Of a DNA stretch of 64,000 nt, positions 1 to 13,511 are shown piece by piece (position 1 is the stretch's first letter; each line of letters opens with the position of its first letter). The stretch lies in the NCBI RefSeq assembly GCF_006345805.1, contig NC_043013.1, positions 29,326,001 to 29,390,000 of the forward strand, read 5' to 3'. The notes below the pieces were generated by a model. It was not told the origin of the DNA, made no database searches, and saw nothing but the letters and a program-made list of their open reading frames with translations. A program made the translations under genes and the position numbers. The stretch comes from Octopus sinensis. Its lineage: Eukaryota.

Positions 1-23
1 ATAGATATATATATATATACACC

Positions 24-187
24 ACGGGATTCTTTCAGTTTCCCTCTGTCAAATCTACTCACAAGTCTATGGTCGGTCCGAGGCCATAGTAGAAAAAAAA
101 CTTGTCCAAGATGTCATGCAGTTGGACTGAACCCAGGACCATGTGGTTGGGAAGCAAGCTTCTTACCACACAGCTACCCCTGCGCCT
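24..187 (-). mobile_element. SINE family B (tRNA-like head + CORE-like 'ccttgggcaagtgtctt' box), head portion
   Basis: Reverse complement matches the repeated unit ggctgtgtggtaag...ggttcagtcc...ccttgggcaagtgtcttctactatagcc...ggaaactgaaagaa seen at 9212, 54940 and 59860. Confidence 0.8.
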
Positions 188-264
188 ATATTTTAGACAA
201 TGATAACAAATTCACATTTTGAATTTGAAGAACGTGTTGCATACTTTTAGTGTTCCGCTTACAG

Positions 265-560
265 ATTGTATTTGTAATGTGCATGTTACCTGGTTGATTT
301 CTTTCTTGGAAAACCTTACCCTATCCAGATTTTACTTAAGCATTTATTCGCAGAACCAATCGCACCAATTATTATTGGCATAAATGCGAATTTATAGGCT
401 GGATGTTTCGAAGCAGTTGTTCATAGTTATCCTCGTTCTCTTTACATCAGCAGGACAGCAGAAGTCAATAACATGCATATTTGTTTTGTCTGTCTCAAAC
501 TACAATATTCACCCTGTTATGTTTGTACTTGGTTGAAGCTTTTACGGGGATGCTCCACTT
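265..560 (-). mobile_element. R4/Dong-like non-LTR retrotransposon relic (RLE endonuclease region)
   Basis: Minus translation gives degenerate KHNRVNIVV*DR..CPADV..YEQLLRN..FMPIIIGAIG, the same motif set as the less decayed copy at 56492-56900. Confidence 0.55.
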
Positions 561-612
561 ATATTCCTTGCGTTGATGTTTATGTATGTATTCAGTAATC
601 TTTTCTGCTGTA

Positions 613-803
613 GGCACAAGACCGGCCTGAAAGCTTGAAGAAGGGGCTAAGTCAATTAAATTGACCCCTGTATTCAGGTACTTATTTTATCGTCCCTCGG
701 TAAAGTCGATCTCAGCGAAATTCAATCTTAGAACGTAAGGACGGATGAAATGCCGTTAAGCATTTTTCCCGCAGTGCTAACGATCCTGCTAGCTCGCCCA
801 CCT
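613..803 (-). mobile_element. SINE family A (tRNA-like; central gcctttcatcctttcggggtcgataaa domain), degenerate
   Basis: Reverse complement of the unit repeated at 15697, 31085, 35084, 40981 and 60693. Confidence 0.7.
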
Positions 804-1094
804 TTATGTGTCCAATAATACCGGGGGTTTCTTTATATTTATGACAGGACAGTATTTTTTCGGGTGGCATTGTGTATTGTTTTAGCGACAAATTTATGAA
901 TATTTGTAAGCATATATGCATGAGTGTATGTATGTGTTAATGTGTTAGGTGAGTAGACGTTTGTGTATTTATGCATGAAAATACGTGTTTGTGTATGTAT
1001 ATATCTATGCCTAAATGTGTGCATGTACATACATATATGTGTATATACATACATAAATATATACCTATTCATAAACCCAATCAATCTTTACAAT

Positions 1095-1265
1095 AAATCA
1101 ATGTCCTATCAAATCACCCTAAACTTACTCTTAATAGTATAATCACCGGTATATCTATCGGGATCTCCAACTTATCTGCAAACGAAGTAATTTTTAACAG
1201 TCATGCCCCGTATTATAATCAGGCCCTCCAACTAAGTGGCTTCCGGGAAAAGATCTATATCCCCA
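1095..1265 (+). mobile_element. Penelope-like element relic, RT C-terminal/thumb region
   Basis: Translates to INVLSNHPKLTLNSIITGISIGISNLSANEVIFNSHAPYYNQALQLSGFREKI, matching the PLE pattern SNHP..I..GIS.RIS.LS.N...F....Y..AL..SG. Confidence 0.7.
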
Positions 1266-1544
1266 ATACTAAGCTTAAGACTAAAATTGCATATCTTTTC
1301 CTAATGCTAACCCCAAATCAACAGACAGTTCTTCCACTCAATGTCAATCCAACAACTCTCAAAAAAAAAAAACCTACACATCGGACTCGACAGCCCAACT
1401 GGCTACCTCGAACCTATAACAGCTAGAAGCCTCGTTCTCCGGATCCATCCAGTACAATCACACACTCTAAACATTTTAAAGCCGGGAAGCGCAATTTCTA
1501 ATGGTTCACACTACCCTTCTCCCTTCAAGTTGACTCTATGTATA

Positions 1545-1594
1545 TATATATATATATGTACGTATGTATGTATGTACGTATGTATGTATGTATG

Positions 1595-1628
<34 letters not shown>

Positions 1629-1764
1629 TGTATGTATGTTTGTATGTATTTATGTATGTATGTATGTATGTAGACACTAAAAAACACAAACACACCCATA
1701 CACACACGTATGCACTCTACATACGACTCAGTAAGTATGTCGTGTAGGTACTTACATGTATATC

Positions 1765-1800
<36 letters not shown>

Positions 1801-1815
1801 TACATACTAGTGCAT
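1545..1815. repeat. Compound (TATG)n/(TA)n microsatellite
   Basis: Direct reading. Confidence 0.95.
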
Positions 1816-2240
1816 ACATATGTATATGTATGTGTGTGTGTGTGTGTATGCGTGTATTTTTAATAATTTAAATACAGATTTTATTTTTAATGTGCAAATC
1901 AGTTGGTTGTTTTCTTTCTCTGAAAATCCTCGCTTATCCAAGCTGATAGTCAGGCTTTTATTTACCAAACCAAACGTTCCAGTTCTTATTGGTATAAATG
2001 TAACTTTGTGATCTGGCGATAGAAGCTGGAGGTTTTGAAGCAGTTGTTCATTTTTATCTCCTTTCTCTTTGATTTTCAAAGAGATATTCACATCAGCTAA
2101 CCTCTAAGACGGTAGATACATTATCTTGTCTGTCTCAAACAATATCAAGCTTTCATTACACTTGACAGATGTTTTGACTGGAATGAGAGCGTGGTTTTGT
2201 GACACAGTACTTGTAGATTTCATTTTTACGTAGGCAGAAG
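1815..2240 (-). mobile_element. R4/Dong-like LINE 3' relic (RLE C-terminus)
   Basis: ORF 1807-2091: NISLKIKEKGDKNEQLLQNLQLLSPDHKVTFIPIRTGTFGLVNKSL. Confidence 0.7.
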
Positions 2241-2275
2241 CCTCCACGAGGTCATAGTTGAGAAAACCGACAATT

Positions 2276-2700
2276 TCAAGTTTTCCTGTCTGCTCTGCGT
2301 TTGAAGTTTACTGCTGGGTAGGTGAAACTCTGTTGGTCTATTATTAGCGAGGGAGAATCCGGAGTGCAATCTGTATCAGTATTGGATTGAGAGATGGTAT
2401 CGCTGCTAGTATATGTTGTTATGTGGGTAGAATTGTGCGAAGATGCTTTGAGTGTCGCATTATTCAGTCCAGAAGGGTTACTGAAGGTTGTATTATTGCT
2501 ACAAGGTGGTGCAGTGTCAGAGATTGGATGTTCCAATGCCTGGCGTTGAAGTTTGCGTCAGAGGAGACGATTATGGATCCCCAAATTAGGTGTGGTGGAG
2601 TAGGCGATTTTCACGGGTAGCATTTATACTGTGGTGGGGAGTTAGAGTTTAGGATTTTAAAGAAACGTTTTTCGTCAATCCAAATTCTAAATTGTTAACC
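2276..2700 (-). mobile_element. Penelope-like relic: thumb region followed by S/T/N-rich linker
   Basis: Minus frames give KRFFKILNSN..PHHS..KIAYSTTPNLGSII, then the low-complexity ORF 2276-2536. Confidence 0.55.
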
Positions 2701-3299
2701 TCCTTAGCAACTTATATACACAACTTTAAATCTCAAAATATTCCATATAACCTATCCTGGGGTCAATAGTAAGTGAAGCTTCCCCATATAATGCAAAACA
2801 TCAGTATGTGTAAATTGTGTTTAAGAGAATCGCTAACCATTCCTCGCCTCTACAACCCCGCGTTACTTAATAGATTCCCAGATGTAATGTTATCTTGTAA
2901 ACATAGGTACTACTCATCATTCGGGCATTTTATTAAATCTATGTAATCCCATGACTATAAGTATCCATACACAAAATTAACTTTGAACTAAGATATGTTC
3001 AACCTAGCAACCTACTAACTCAACAAAAATGTATACATATAAGCATTTTTTGTATTTCTTGTATTTAATATACTTTATATATTGATCTGTCTACCTTGTT
3101 TATCCCTACAGTTATTTCTATGCCAGCTGATGTTTAAATCTCTTGAGCACTCTACTAAGTTTATTCTATACGGAGAATATTTGGATCTCATCTTTGAACT
3201 ATATACATACTTACATACATACATTCATACATATACATATGTACATATACAAGGCCATTCGAAAAAAAGATTGTCCTGGATTTGATATAAAGAATCCTC

Positions 3300-3701
3300 C
3301 TGTTATTGAATACGTGCAGAAATATTAGCACAAGGAATACTGTTGGAACATCCCCATCAAATCATCTGTTAATTGTAATGATAGCTGGATATTGTTTGAG
3401 ACACACAAGAAAATGTATGTACCGTCTTAGCGGTCAGTTGTCCAGCTGAAGTGAATATCTCTTTGAAAATCAAAGGCAAAGGAGATAAAAATGGACAACT
3501 ACTCCAAAACTTCCAAATGTAAATTTTTGATAGCCAGATCACAATTTTACATTTATACCAATAAGAAATGGAGTGCTTGGTTTTGTAAATAAATGCCTGA
3601 CTGTCAGCTTGGATAAGCTAGGATTTTCAGAGAAAGAAATCGACCAACTGATTTGCACATTAAAAATAAAATCTGTATTTAAGTTATTAAAAATACACGT
3701 G
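3300..3701 (+). mobile_element. R4/Dong-like LINE 3' relic, inverted paralog of 1815-2240
   Basis: KEYCWNIPIKSSVNC..SCPAEVNISLKIKGKGDKNGQLLQN; near-identical reverse complement of 1815-2090. Confidence 0.7.
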
Positions 3702-3798
3702 CGCACGCACACACACACACACACATACACACACATATACACAAACACACATACACACACATATACACAAACACACATACACCACATACATTATATAT

Positions 3799-3841
<43 letters not shown>

Positions 3842-3877
3842 AATATATATATCTGTACATATACTTCTATCTATCTG

Positions 3878-3938
<61 letters not shown>

Positions 3939-3950
3939 ATATATGTATAT

Positions 3951-4023
<73 letters not shown>

Positions 4024-4171
4024 GGGTATGCACTAGTACGTATGGTATATACATATGAGATATGCATATAAGTACCTACATGGCATACACTCTGAGTCAT
4101 GTGTAGATTTCATATCTGTGCGAGTGTGTGTTGTTGAATATGCCTACATTCATACATACATGCATTTATAT

Positions 4172-4220
<49 letters not shown>

Positions 4221-4296
4221 AGCTTAGAGAAGAAGAAGAAACGAAACGAAACGAAACGAATCGAATCGAATCGACGCGAAGGCGCTCAGTCATACA

Positions 4297-4986
4297 ATAG
4301 TGTAATAAATAAAATATATGCATACATACAAACTATATGTACGTACCTACATCTACATGTATTATACATGCATATATAAATATAATACGTGTGTAGAGGA
4401 CACCACAAATAGACGTAGAACTCAACGAAAAACGAAAACGTAAAAGCAGCATGAAACGGACCATTCCTTTAACAACGAAAAAACAGAGTACAAGACAACT
4501 ACACAGGAAAATCCCTTCATCAGCCGTCCCTAGTTCAACTCCAGCGTGTTTCGAAGGTGAGGACAGAACACGTCTCGTTGAACTAATCTTTCCTGCGAAA
4601 GAATTAAATAAAATTCCTTTGCCGAGGGGTAAAAACAAGGAAAAAGATGTGACAAAAACAGGACGTAAAAACAATACAATTAAAAACAAATACAAAATAA
4701 AAATACAATTACAAGAAATACAGTACAAGAAGGAAGAGAAACAGGACTGTCCACACCTTCGAAACACGCTGGAGTTGAACTAGGGACGGCTGATGAAGGG
4801 AATTTTTCCTTGTGTTAAAGGAATGGTCCGTTTCATGCTGTTTTTACGTTTTCGTTTCTCGTTGAGTTCTACGTCTATTTGTGGTGTCCTCTACACACGT
4901 ATATATATTTATATATGCATGTATATATACATGTAGATGTACGTACATATATGTTTGTATGTATGCATATATTTTATTTATTACAC

Positions 4987-4989
<3 letters not shown>
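4297..4989. repeat. Long imperfect inverted repeat (arms ~4297-4566 and ~4747-4989)
   Basis: Arms are reverse complements by direct reading; the right arm lacks ~30 bp. Confidence 0.85.
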
Positions 4990-5017
<28 letters not shown>

Positions 5018-5198
5018 TGTGTGTGTGTGTATGTTTGGATGTATGTATGTATGTATGTATGTATGTATGTATGTATGTATGTATGTATGCATGTATGTAT
5101 GTATGCATGTATGTATGTCTTAGACACAAATGTAGAGTACATGTCAATTATATAATATATATATATTATATATATACATATATACATACATACATACT

Positions 5199-5229
<31 letters not shown>

Positions 5230-5320
5230 ATATATATTTGCAATATAATTATTTACAATTAAATTCCTCTATTTACATAATATCAGGCCTCTTTCATTCT
5301 TTTGTGTTGTCTTACCATTA

Positions 5321-5358
<38 letters not shown>

Positions 5359-6509
5359 ATAGACACACAAATGTAGAGTGCATGTCAATTATATATATAT
5401 ATATAATACATATATATACATATATGCATATATATATAATATATATATTATATAATATATATATATATATCTTTTCTTCCATTTTCCTGAGCGCCTAATA
5501 ATAATAATACTTAATTGTTCCACTGTTTTGTTTTTCTGTTTTTCCCGTTTGGATTAACCTATATATATATATATATATAATTGACATGCACTCTACATTT
5601 GTGTGTCTATGGCATTAGTGTATTTGAGTTTTGCAATGAGTGAATCCACTCTTGTCTGTTTGACGACATGCATATGAATGTCAGAATGTGTGCTTGTGTC
5701 TGTTTAAGTGCACTCATGTGTATATGTGTGAATGCATTAATGTATGCATGGTTTGTGCGTATGTTTGTGATTAAATGAAAGAGATAGAGAAAAATGCGGG
5801 AGTGTGTACGAGAGAGAACGAGAGAGAGGGATATGAATGAATGAAGCATTAATCAAGTGGAATATGCATGAGAAGTATATTATCTATCAGTCACAAGTAC
5901 TAATGGTGGCTGTTTATCGTCTGTACTTTGTAGTCAAGTAGATTGAATACATTATTGTTAAAGTTGACAACTTTTCCACGACTTGAAGTTTTGCACCAGA
6001 GAGTTCAGAAGCCAGCATATTGGAAAAGAATTTTTGAAATGCTAATGAGATTATCATTGGCATTCAGTGCCACAAGTCGAAGCGAAGTGAACTTCTGGTT
6101 TGTCTCATTTGTCCTTTAGTTTGTTTTTTTCATTATTATTCTTTTAGTGGTTTCAAAAATCAGATTGCGGCCATGATGGTCTACCATGACCGTAATAGGT
6201 TTAAACAATCATATTAATCCCTAGTAATTTTTTCTTCTTGGTCAGATAGTTATTCTATCAATCTTTAACATGCCATCGCTCTAAATCGAACCACTAAATA
6301 ACAGGACAGAGATGTTACCGATATAAATAACATGAGTTTTTATACTTGTTGTAAGGCTTAATGCAGACCTAAAGATGCAGTAACACACACACACACACGC
6401 ACGCTCGTACACAAGGTAAACAGTCTAAAAGACACACACACACACAACACACACACGCACACACAGATACACAAACTTATACGTACATATTACTCTACAC
6501 CTGGTAGAT

Positions 6510-7350
6510 CAATTGCTGTCTTGGAATTTTGTAATATTATTGAGACATTATCACAGTCTTTTTCTTTGAAGTATCAGTTTATGTAGTATGCTATTACTCC
6601 GCGGCACCAGATTGTTTATTATCTCAGATACGTTGGGTGTGATGAGTTCAACGGTTGATGACTAGTTATTCAAATGGTCACCACACTCACCTTTTATATC
6701 TTCATAAGTTCGTGGTGTTTCACTTTTCTTCGATGCTGCGGGCCTGTTTATTATTGGAGAAACAGCTTACACAGTTGATTTCCCATCACATCACAATAAC
6801 ATATTTTATTACTGTGTAACCTGCGTGATTCGTTGCCTCGTAAATAACTTTATTTGTCAAACATTTAACTTTATAGTGTGAGGCTTGTATTGTGCAGCAA
6901 TTACATTCGGTTTCTTGAGTTTTCTTTTGATTGGGACGTTGAAGTACTCTCATTGTTATGCTGGCCGCATTTTTTGTACATCTGTGACTTCGAAATTGTT
7001 TGCTAAACCATTAGTGGTTCGTGTTTTAAATGTACTTCAAGTTAGTATTAATACATGTACACTTATATCTAATACGAAATTAGTTTTTACTGAAGAGCAG
7101 GTTAAACCAGTCAATGTTTTCTACGTTAGTATCAATGCTGCTTTTCTTTTGTAAGAGTTTGAACTTTTATTCAAACCAACTTTATAACAATGAATTTTTC
7201 TAATAACCGGAAGTTTGGTTTAAAGTACTTTGTCTGTCGGTTAACATTTTTATTTATGTACACGAAATTTTAGTTTGTTTTCTACATGGTTTATAACCGG
7301 TTTCTGTGTTGTCTAATATCATGTTTAGAAGATTGATTATGCGTATATTG
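6510..7350 (-). mobile_element. Penelope-like relic: thumb, CNC linker and start of GIY-YIG
   Basis: Minus frames give DWFNLLFSKN, SHRCTKNAASI, ETECNCCTIQASHYKVKCLTNKVIYEA, matching the PLE motifs WFNPPFS..SYSC..CNC..CL...IY.A. Confidence 0.7.
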
Positions 7351-7507
7351 GTGATGATTTTAATATTAAAGCCTATCTAAAAGCATTATTTATTCTTTCC
7401 TATATTTATCTATGTATGGCAACGTCCTGTTCAAGACTAAATAATTTATTTCTGTACAGATATAGAGAATCCAGGGTTGGGAACTTTTGTTTTTAGAGTA
7501 TCTAGGG

Positions 7508-7979
7508 CAGGGCGCACTGTACTTTTTGTGTAAATACCTGCAATGAGAGTTCATTTGCCTCTGGCATGGCATCAGTGTTTGGAACCACTTATGTCTGTGA
7601 GCAAACATTTTCAATAATGAAGTATGTGAAGTCAGCACCTTCAATGAGGTTGACTGATGAACATTTGAAAGCAATTCTCTTGGTTGGATGCAGCAATTCC
7701 AAAGCAAATATTGATATCTTAAAAATTAAACACCAGTTTCATAAATCTCCCTAACTTTTTTTTTGCTGCTTAATTTGTGAGAACTGGGTATGTGCGTACT
7801 GGGTGTAATATAACTATCTTATTGCTAACGTCGCCTTCTTTGATAACTTTTGGTAAATAAATATGTTGGTTGTCTTTATTTTTGTGTATTCACTGTGTTG
7901 TACTGAATAAAATGGTTATGCGGCCCGCGCTCGTCATTCACTTATCTGGCCCGCTGTGAAAGAAGTTTAGTGACCCCTG
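7508..7979 (+). mobile_element. hAT (Charlie-type) internally deleted transposon, 472 bp
   Basis: Termini CAGGGCGCACTGTACT and AGTTTAGTGACCCCTG; flanks ATCTAGGG/ATCTAGAG (8-bp TSD, 7/8 match); ORF 7566-7754 SVFGTTYVCEQTFSIMKYVKS..RLTDEHL is the hAT dimerization domain. Confidence 0.8.
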
Positions 7980-9211
7980 ATCTAGAGTATTTAACCCAGC
8001 CAGATCACATATCTAATCTCCGTCCCAAATAAAGCCTAATTGACGATGACATTAATTGGGAGATCGATGTTTTTCATCCAGATGTTGTTAAAACGTTTTC
8101 CAAAATGATCTTGAGATCGTTACTACTTCTACTTATATGATGTGCTTCTTTCCAAATTCCAACGCCATTAGAAGAAGTGGTTTAGAAAGTGCTGAGTGAA
8201 AAAAAAAACCTACGTTGTCAAATTGAATAACTTCCAGTTGCTTTTGTACTTAATGCTACTGAACCAGTCGACAACTTAATGTCATAAGGTTGTTGCATTT
8301 TTAATTTTGTCGTTGAAGAAGTAAACAATGGGTTTACTAACAACATCAATTGCCTTGCAGAATTAACAAGCCAGTATTTCTAAATTTTCAGAAATGATTT
8401 CTGTGGTCTTTCAGTGTGATGTATGGTCCACTTTTGATTAAACATTCTTACCATCAGTCACCTGGTATGTGACTAATCATAATATTTCGTATCTTTTTAT
8501 TTGTCTTGCTCGCTTACGTTCTGACGTTTGCTGAATTTTCTTGAGAACAATCTGTTCTTAGTGGTCAGACCATATGGGGACTACATTTAGCATATTGAAT
8601 GTTCACTTAGTGGTAAACCCTCTTATATGTATGTAATATAATTTTTCTGAATCTTCAGATTTTTTCAATATGCTAGGCCACTGGTTTAAATTGATATTAA
8701 TCAAATTAATATTCATTTTTTACCCTAATTATTTAAAGTTATATATATATATAATTCGTTATGTGAATCTATGTGTGTCAAACCACGCGTGTACGTATGC
8801 TTACATCTTTGTGGATGCTTGTATAAGCAAGTGTACATGCGCCATACAACCTAAGCGAGGGCGTTTATACACCTGTATCCGTTAACGCTTATTCCTGATA
8901 CTTTCTCGTTGCATTGCATGCTCCTGAACCAGTTGTTAAGTATCTCAACAACCAGAGATCGATGCTAGATGGGTCGAAGCAACAGTAGTGATTAATAAAA
9001 ATTCTCGTACCTCCCATCTTCTCTCTCTCATATGCACACACACACACACACATATATATATAAATATATGCATCTACAACCACACACACACACACAACAA
9101 ACAAGAATTTGGAAATTTTTTGTATTATTTATTCACCAGTACACATGTTTCATTACAGAAAGTTGTACATGCTGAATAAACATGTAAGAAATTTCCTATT
9201 AGAAATTCTTC

Positions 9212-9690
<479 letters not shown>

Positions 9691-10411
9691 GATAGAGAAT
9701 CAAATAATATATAATTACAGAGAATCAAATAATACATTCGGACGATGCGTCCCTGCACAAATTACGTGTGTGTTTGAGTGTGTGCGTGCGTGTGTGTGTG
9801 TGACATTAAATGGCAGAAAGGTATAAAATTTATCCAAGAGCTGAGTATATTCTGCATGGCGCCAATCTAACTAAACTAACAAATCTGGGAGCGTGGTTTT
9901 TAAAAAATATTGCGTGAATTACAAATATTTCTGCAATGTTTCCCTGAAAATTAAAATTGGATGATCAAGTGAAAATGATGATGAAAATGATGAAAATTAA
10001 AATTGGATGATCAGGTGTTTTTCAAATAGTCTGTCTGTTAAGCAGTTAAAAGAAATATAAAAAGAGAAACGAGCATGCGCATTTGAAACTCTTGCTCTTG
10101 ATTCACTTGTTTTTAACTTTCTGTGAATTAAAGATTACACACACACGTCTGTACATGTGCATGTATACCAAAATTTCCCTCTCTTTCTCTCTCTCTCTGT
10201 ATATTCTTTCGGGTTCAGTCCCACTGCGTGGCACCTTGGGCAAGTGTCTTCTTGTGAGTGGATTTAGTAGACGGAAACCGAAAGAAGTCCGTCGTGTGTG
10301 TGTATATATATATATATATATAAATATATGTATATATATATATTCGCCACGCTGTACAGCTGAAATCTACAAGTTTTTTTCGTTCTCTCTCTGTTTATTT
10401 TCTCTTATTCG

Positions 10412-10447
10412 TTTCTGTTGAAAAGAGTAGGCTCGAAACGTAAAAGA
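10412..10447 (+). ncRNA. Variant minimal hammerhead motif (CUGUUGA core), short repeat family D
   Basis: TTT-CTGTTGA-AAAGAGTAGGCTC-GAAA-CG-TA-AAAGA; decayed relative of 53915-53952. Confidence 0.4.
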
Positions 10448-11889
10448 CCTTTTCATTTTCCCGAGCGTCAAAGTAATACCCATACTTGCTGTTTATACAC
10501 CTGTCCTCGCCTTTTGTTTTTCTATAAATTTCCAGCTCCATGGAAAAACTAAGCTAATACCATTAGATTCCTTAGAAGAAAGCAGCGAATGTATACGAAA
10601 ACAAGGACGGATAAAACGGAGAATGTTACACAAATACAAATAACAGGACTTAACAATAGGTGTCTTTCGTCTAAGGACGAATTAAATTAAGCTGGCGTGT
10701 GGGGAAATAAAGCCTTACGGCAGGGATACAAGATCTCACAGGCACAGGGAGGAATACAGATGTTGCACGGACGACGGCCTAATCAAGAAAGAAAGATCAG
10801 GTTTGGCCGAACACCGGTCACGTGGGGAGAGAAGAGAGAGAGGAAGAGGCAGAGGGACAGAAGAATTAAGGCGGGGCGAGAAAAAAATGACAGGGACACA
10901 GTGAAGTGAAAAGAGGAGGGAAAGTGAGCAAGAAGAGAAAGCAGGGAAATGTGAGAGAGGGGGAACGAAGGTACGAAGAGTGGAATGAACGAATAAGCGT
11001 GAAAGCGCTGGCCAGATTGGAGCACTATCGAGTAAAACCAGCCGAAATTGTAAAGATAATCTGGAACTCGACTGAGGAGAGAAAACTCCGAATGACCCGT
11101 CCTTGTTTTCTTTGTATCGTCTATCTGGATGTTTTGTTGCCCCTTTTTTGTATCAGCTAACTGTCTGGATGTTTTGCGTTCTTCTCCCATTTTGTATTTT
11201 ATATATATAAAAACATCTTTTGTTTTTCTATATATGTATATATATGCATAACTTCCCCCCCCCGTGCCCTTAATGTTTTCCTAGATCTCATTATAGCGTC
11301 CTATGTTTCATAGTGTAGGTCCCTTCAACTGAAAAGAGTTTATGTCACCCCTACCCTACCTCTTTTTATGGGCATTTATTACTATTTAATTGACACCTAA
11401 AGTTTGTTTCTTTATGTGGTAAGGGGGAATTAGGGCCATAAGAAATTAAGATTAAGGAGAACATCCAGTGATATTTATTTATGACCAGTATCCAGTTCTG
11501 AACTGTCAACTCATAATGTTCTTAATTCTCAATAAACGCAGTCTACTAGTCTTAGATCTTTTGATGTTAATAAGAAGGTACATAAAAAAATTAGAAATGA
11601 ATTACAATCCCATGACTCTCACTGTGATCCATTCCTGTCACTCCAAAATTGTAATTGTCATTCTCTTAGCTTATTCTTGCCACAATAGTGACAACATGAA
11701 ATTCTTTCATCCTTTAGTTCTGATAAAATATTTGAGAAAAAATATCAATATATCTTGTCTGTTGAAAATATAATTTTTGCAACTGAAGATGTAATTAAAT
11801 TGATGTAATGCTTGCATTATTCAATTCAATTGAGTCACTTGCAACGGTCGTATTGCATTAATATCTGACATCCTGTAACATATTTGACT

Positions 11890-12415
11890 ATTCTTTTACT
11901 TGTTTCAGTCACTTGACTGCAGCCATGCAGGGGCACCACCTTTAGTCGAACAAATCGACCCTAGGACTTATTCTTTGTAAGCCTACTACTTATTTTAACC
12001 GCTAAGTTACGGGGAAGTAAATATACCAGCATCCGTTGCCAAGCGATGTTGGGGGACAAACACAGACACACAAACATACACACACGACGACCGCTCGGTT
12101 CAAAGTCTCCCTTGACCACAAATGGCCTGAACTCTTTACATTAACACCACCCTGTACATAACTCCATGTCCCCTACATGGCATTGCTTTTTGCTTTTTGA
12201 GCCCCAAAATTAACTAACTGACACCCCATATATATATACATATATATATATTATACGACTGGCTTCTTTCAGTTTCCGTCTACCAAATCCACTCACAAGA
12301 CATTGGTCGGCCCAAGGCTATAGTAGAAGACACTTGACCAAGGTGCCACGCAATGGGACTGAACCCGGAACCATGTGGTTGGTAAGTAAGCTACTTACCA
12401 CACAGCCACTCCTAT
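11890..12415 (-). mobile_element. SINE family B (tail 11890-12100, head 12258-12415)
   Basis: Reverse complement of the 9212-9690 unit. Confidence 0.8.
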
Positions 12416-12416
12416 A

Positions 12417-12464
<48 letters not shown>

Positions 12465-12486
12465 TATATATCTATATATATAATAT

Positions 12487-12521
<35 letters not shown>

Positions 12522-12608
12522 CTATATATATATATATATATAGGTAAAACGGTAAGATAACAAAAGAAAGAAAGAACCTCAATATTATGTAAATAGAGGA
12601 AATTTATC

Positions 12609-13114
12609 TATACAATAATATGTTACATTACTCAATAGTCAAGATAAAACTCTGAGATTCAGATGCCGAAGTGGGAATCCATGACATCTCTTCGGTTATC
12701 TGGCTATTTGAAAACGCTATGAAAATATACCGTTATACATGTCTAAACACAAGGACAGAACTTTTCGGATCATGCCCATATGTGACTAAATTTCTGTTAC
12801 GTTTTTGGTCCCCTAAAAAAACAGATAGAACATACTTTCTATGTTATGTCCCAAGAAGATTTTATATATTTTTATATATTTTGTATTTATTTTTTATGTA
12901 TTTTTATATAATTTTTATGGCGAAAAATGCGAGCGATGTATAAGTACGCAGGCAAGCAGAGTTATAACACAGTAATTTCCCTTTGTATAACGGTATTTTT
13001 TCATAGCGTTTTTAAATAGCCAGATAACCGAAGAGATGTCGTGGATTCCCACTTCGGCATCTGAATCTCAGAGTTTTATCTTGACTATTGAGTAATGTAA
13101 CATATTATTGTATA
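12609..13114. repeat. Inverted duplication (12609-12739 vs 12984-13114) containing a hammerhead relic
   Basis: Arms nearly perfect reverse complements; 13023-13080 reads GATAA-CCGAAGA-GATGTCG...CGGCATC-TGAAT-CTCAGAG-TT-TTATC. Confidence 0.8.
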
Positions 13115-13179
13115 TATATATATATGAATAACATATAATAAAGTAGTTAGATGTATACATTTATATGCATATATATTTA

Positions 13180-13511
<332 letters not shown>

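Noticed and set aside
11066-11105. CTGAGGA-GAG-AAAA-CTC-CGAAT hammerhead-like motif
   Set aside because: GAAA and stem III are not intact; too degenerate to call
11400-11860. Possible PLE relic with HHR-like CTGAAGA...TTGCAA motif
   Set aside because: GAAA half is missing and protein motifs are too decayed to support a call
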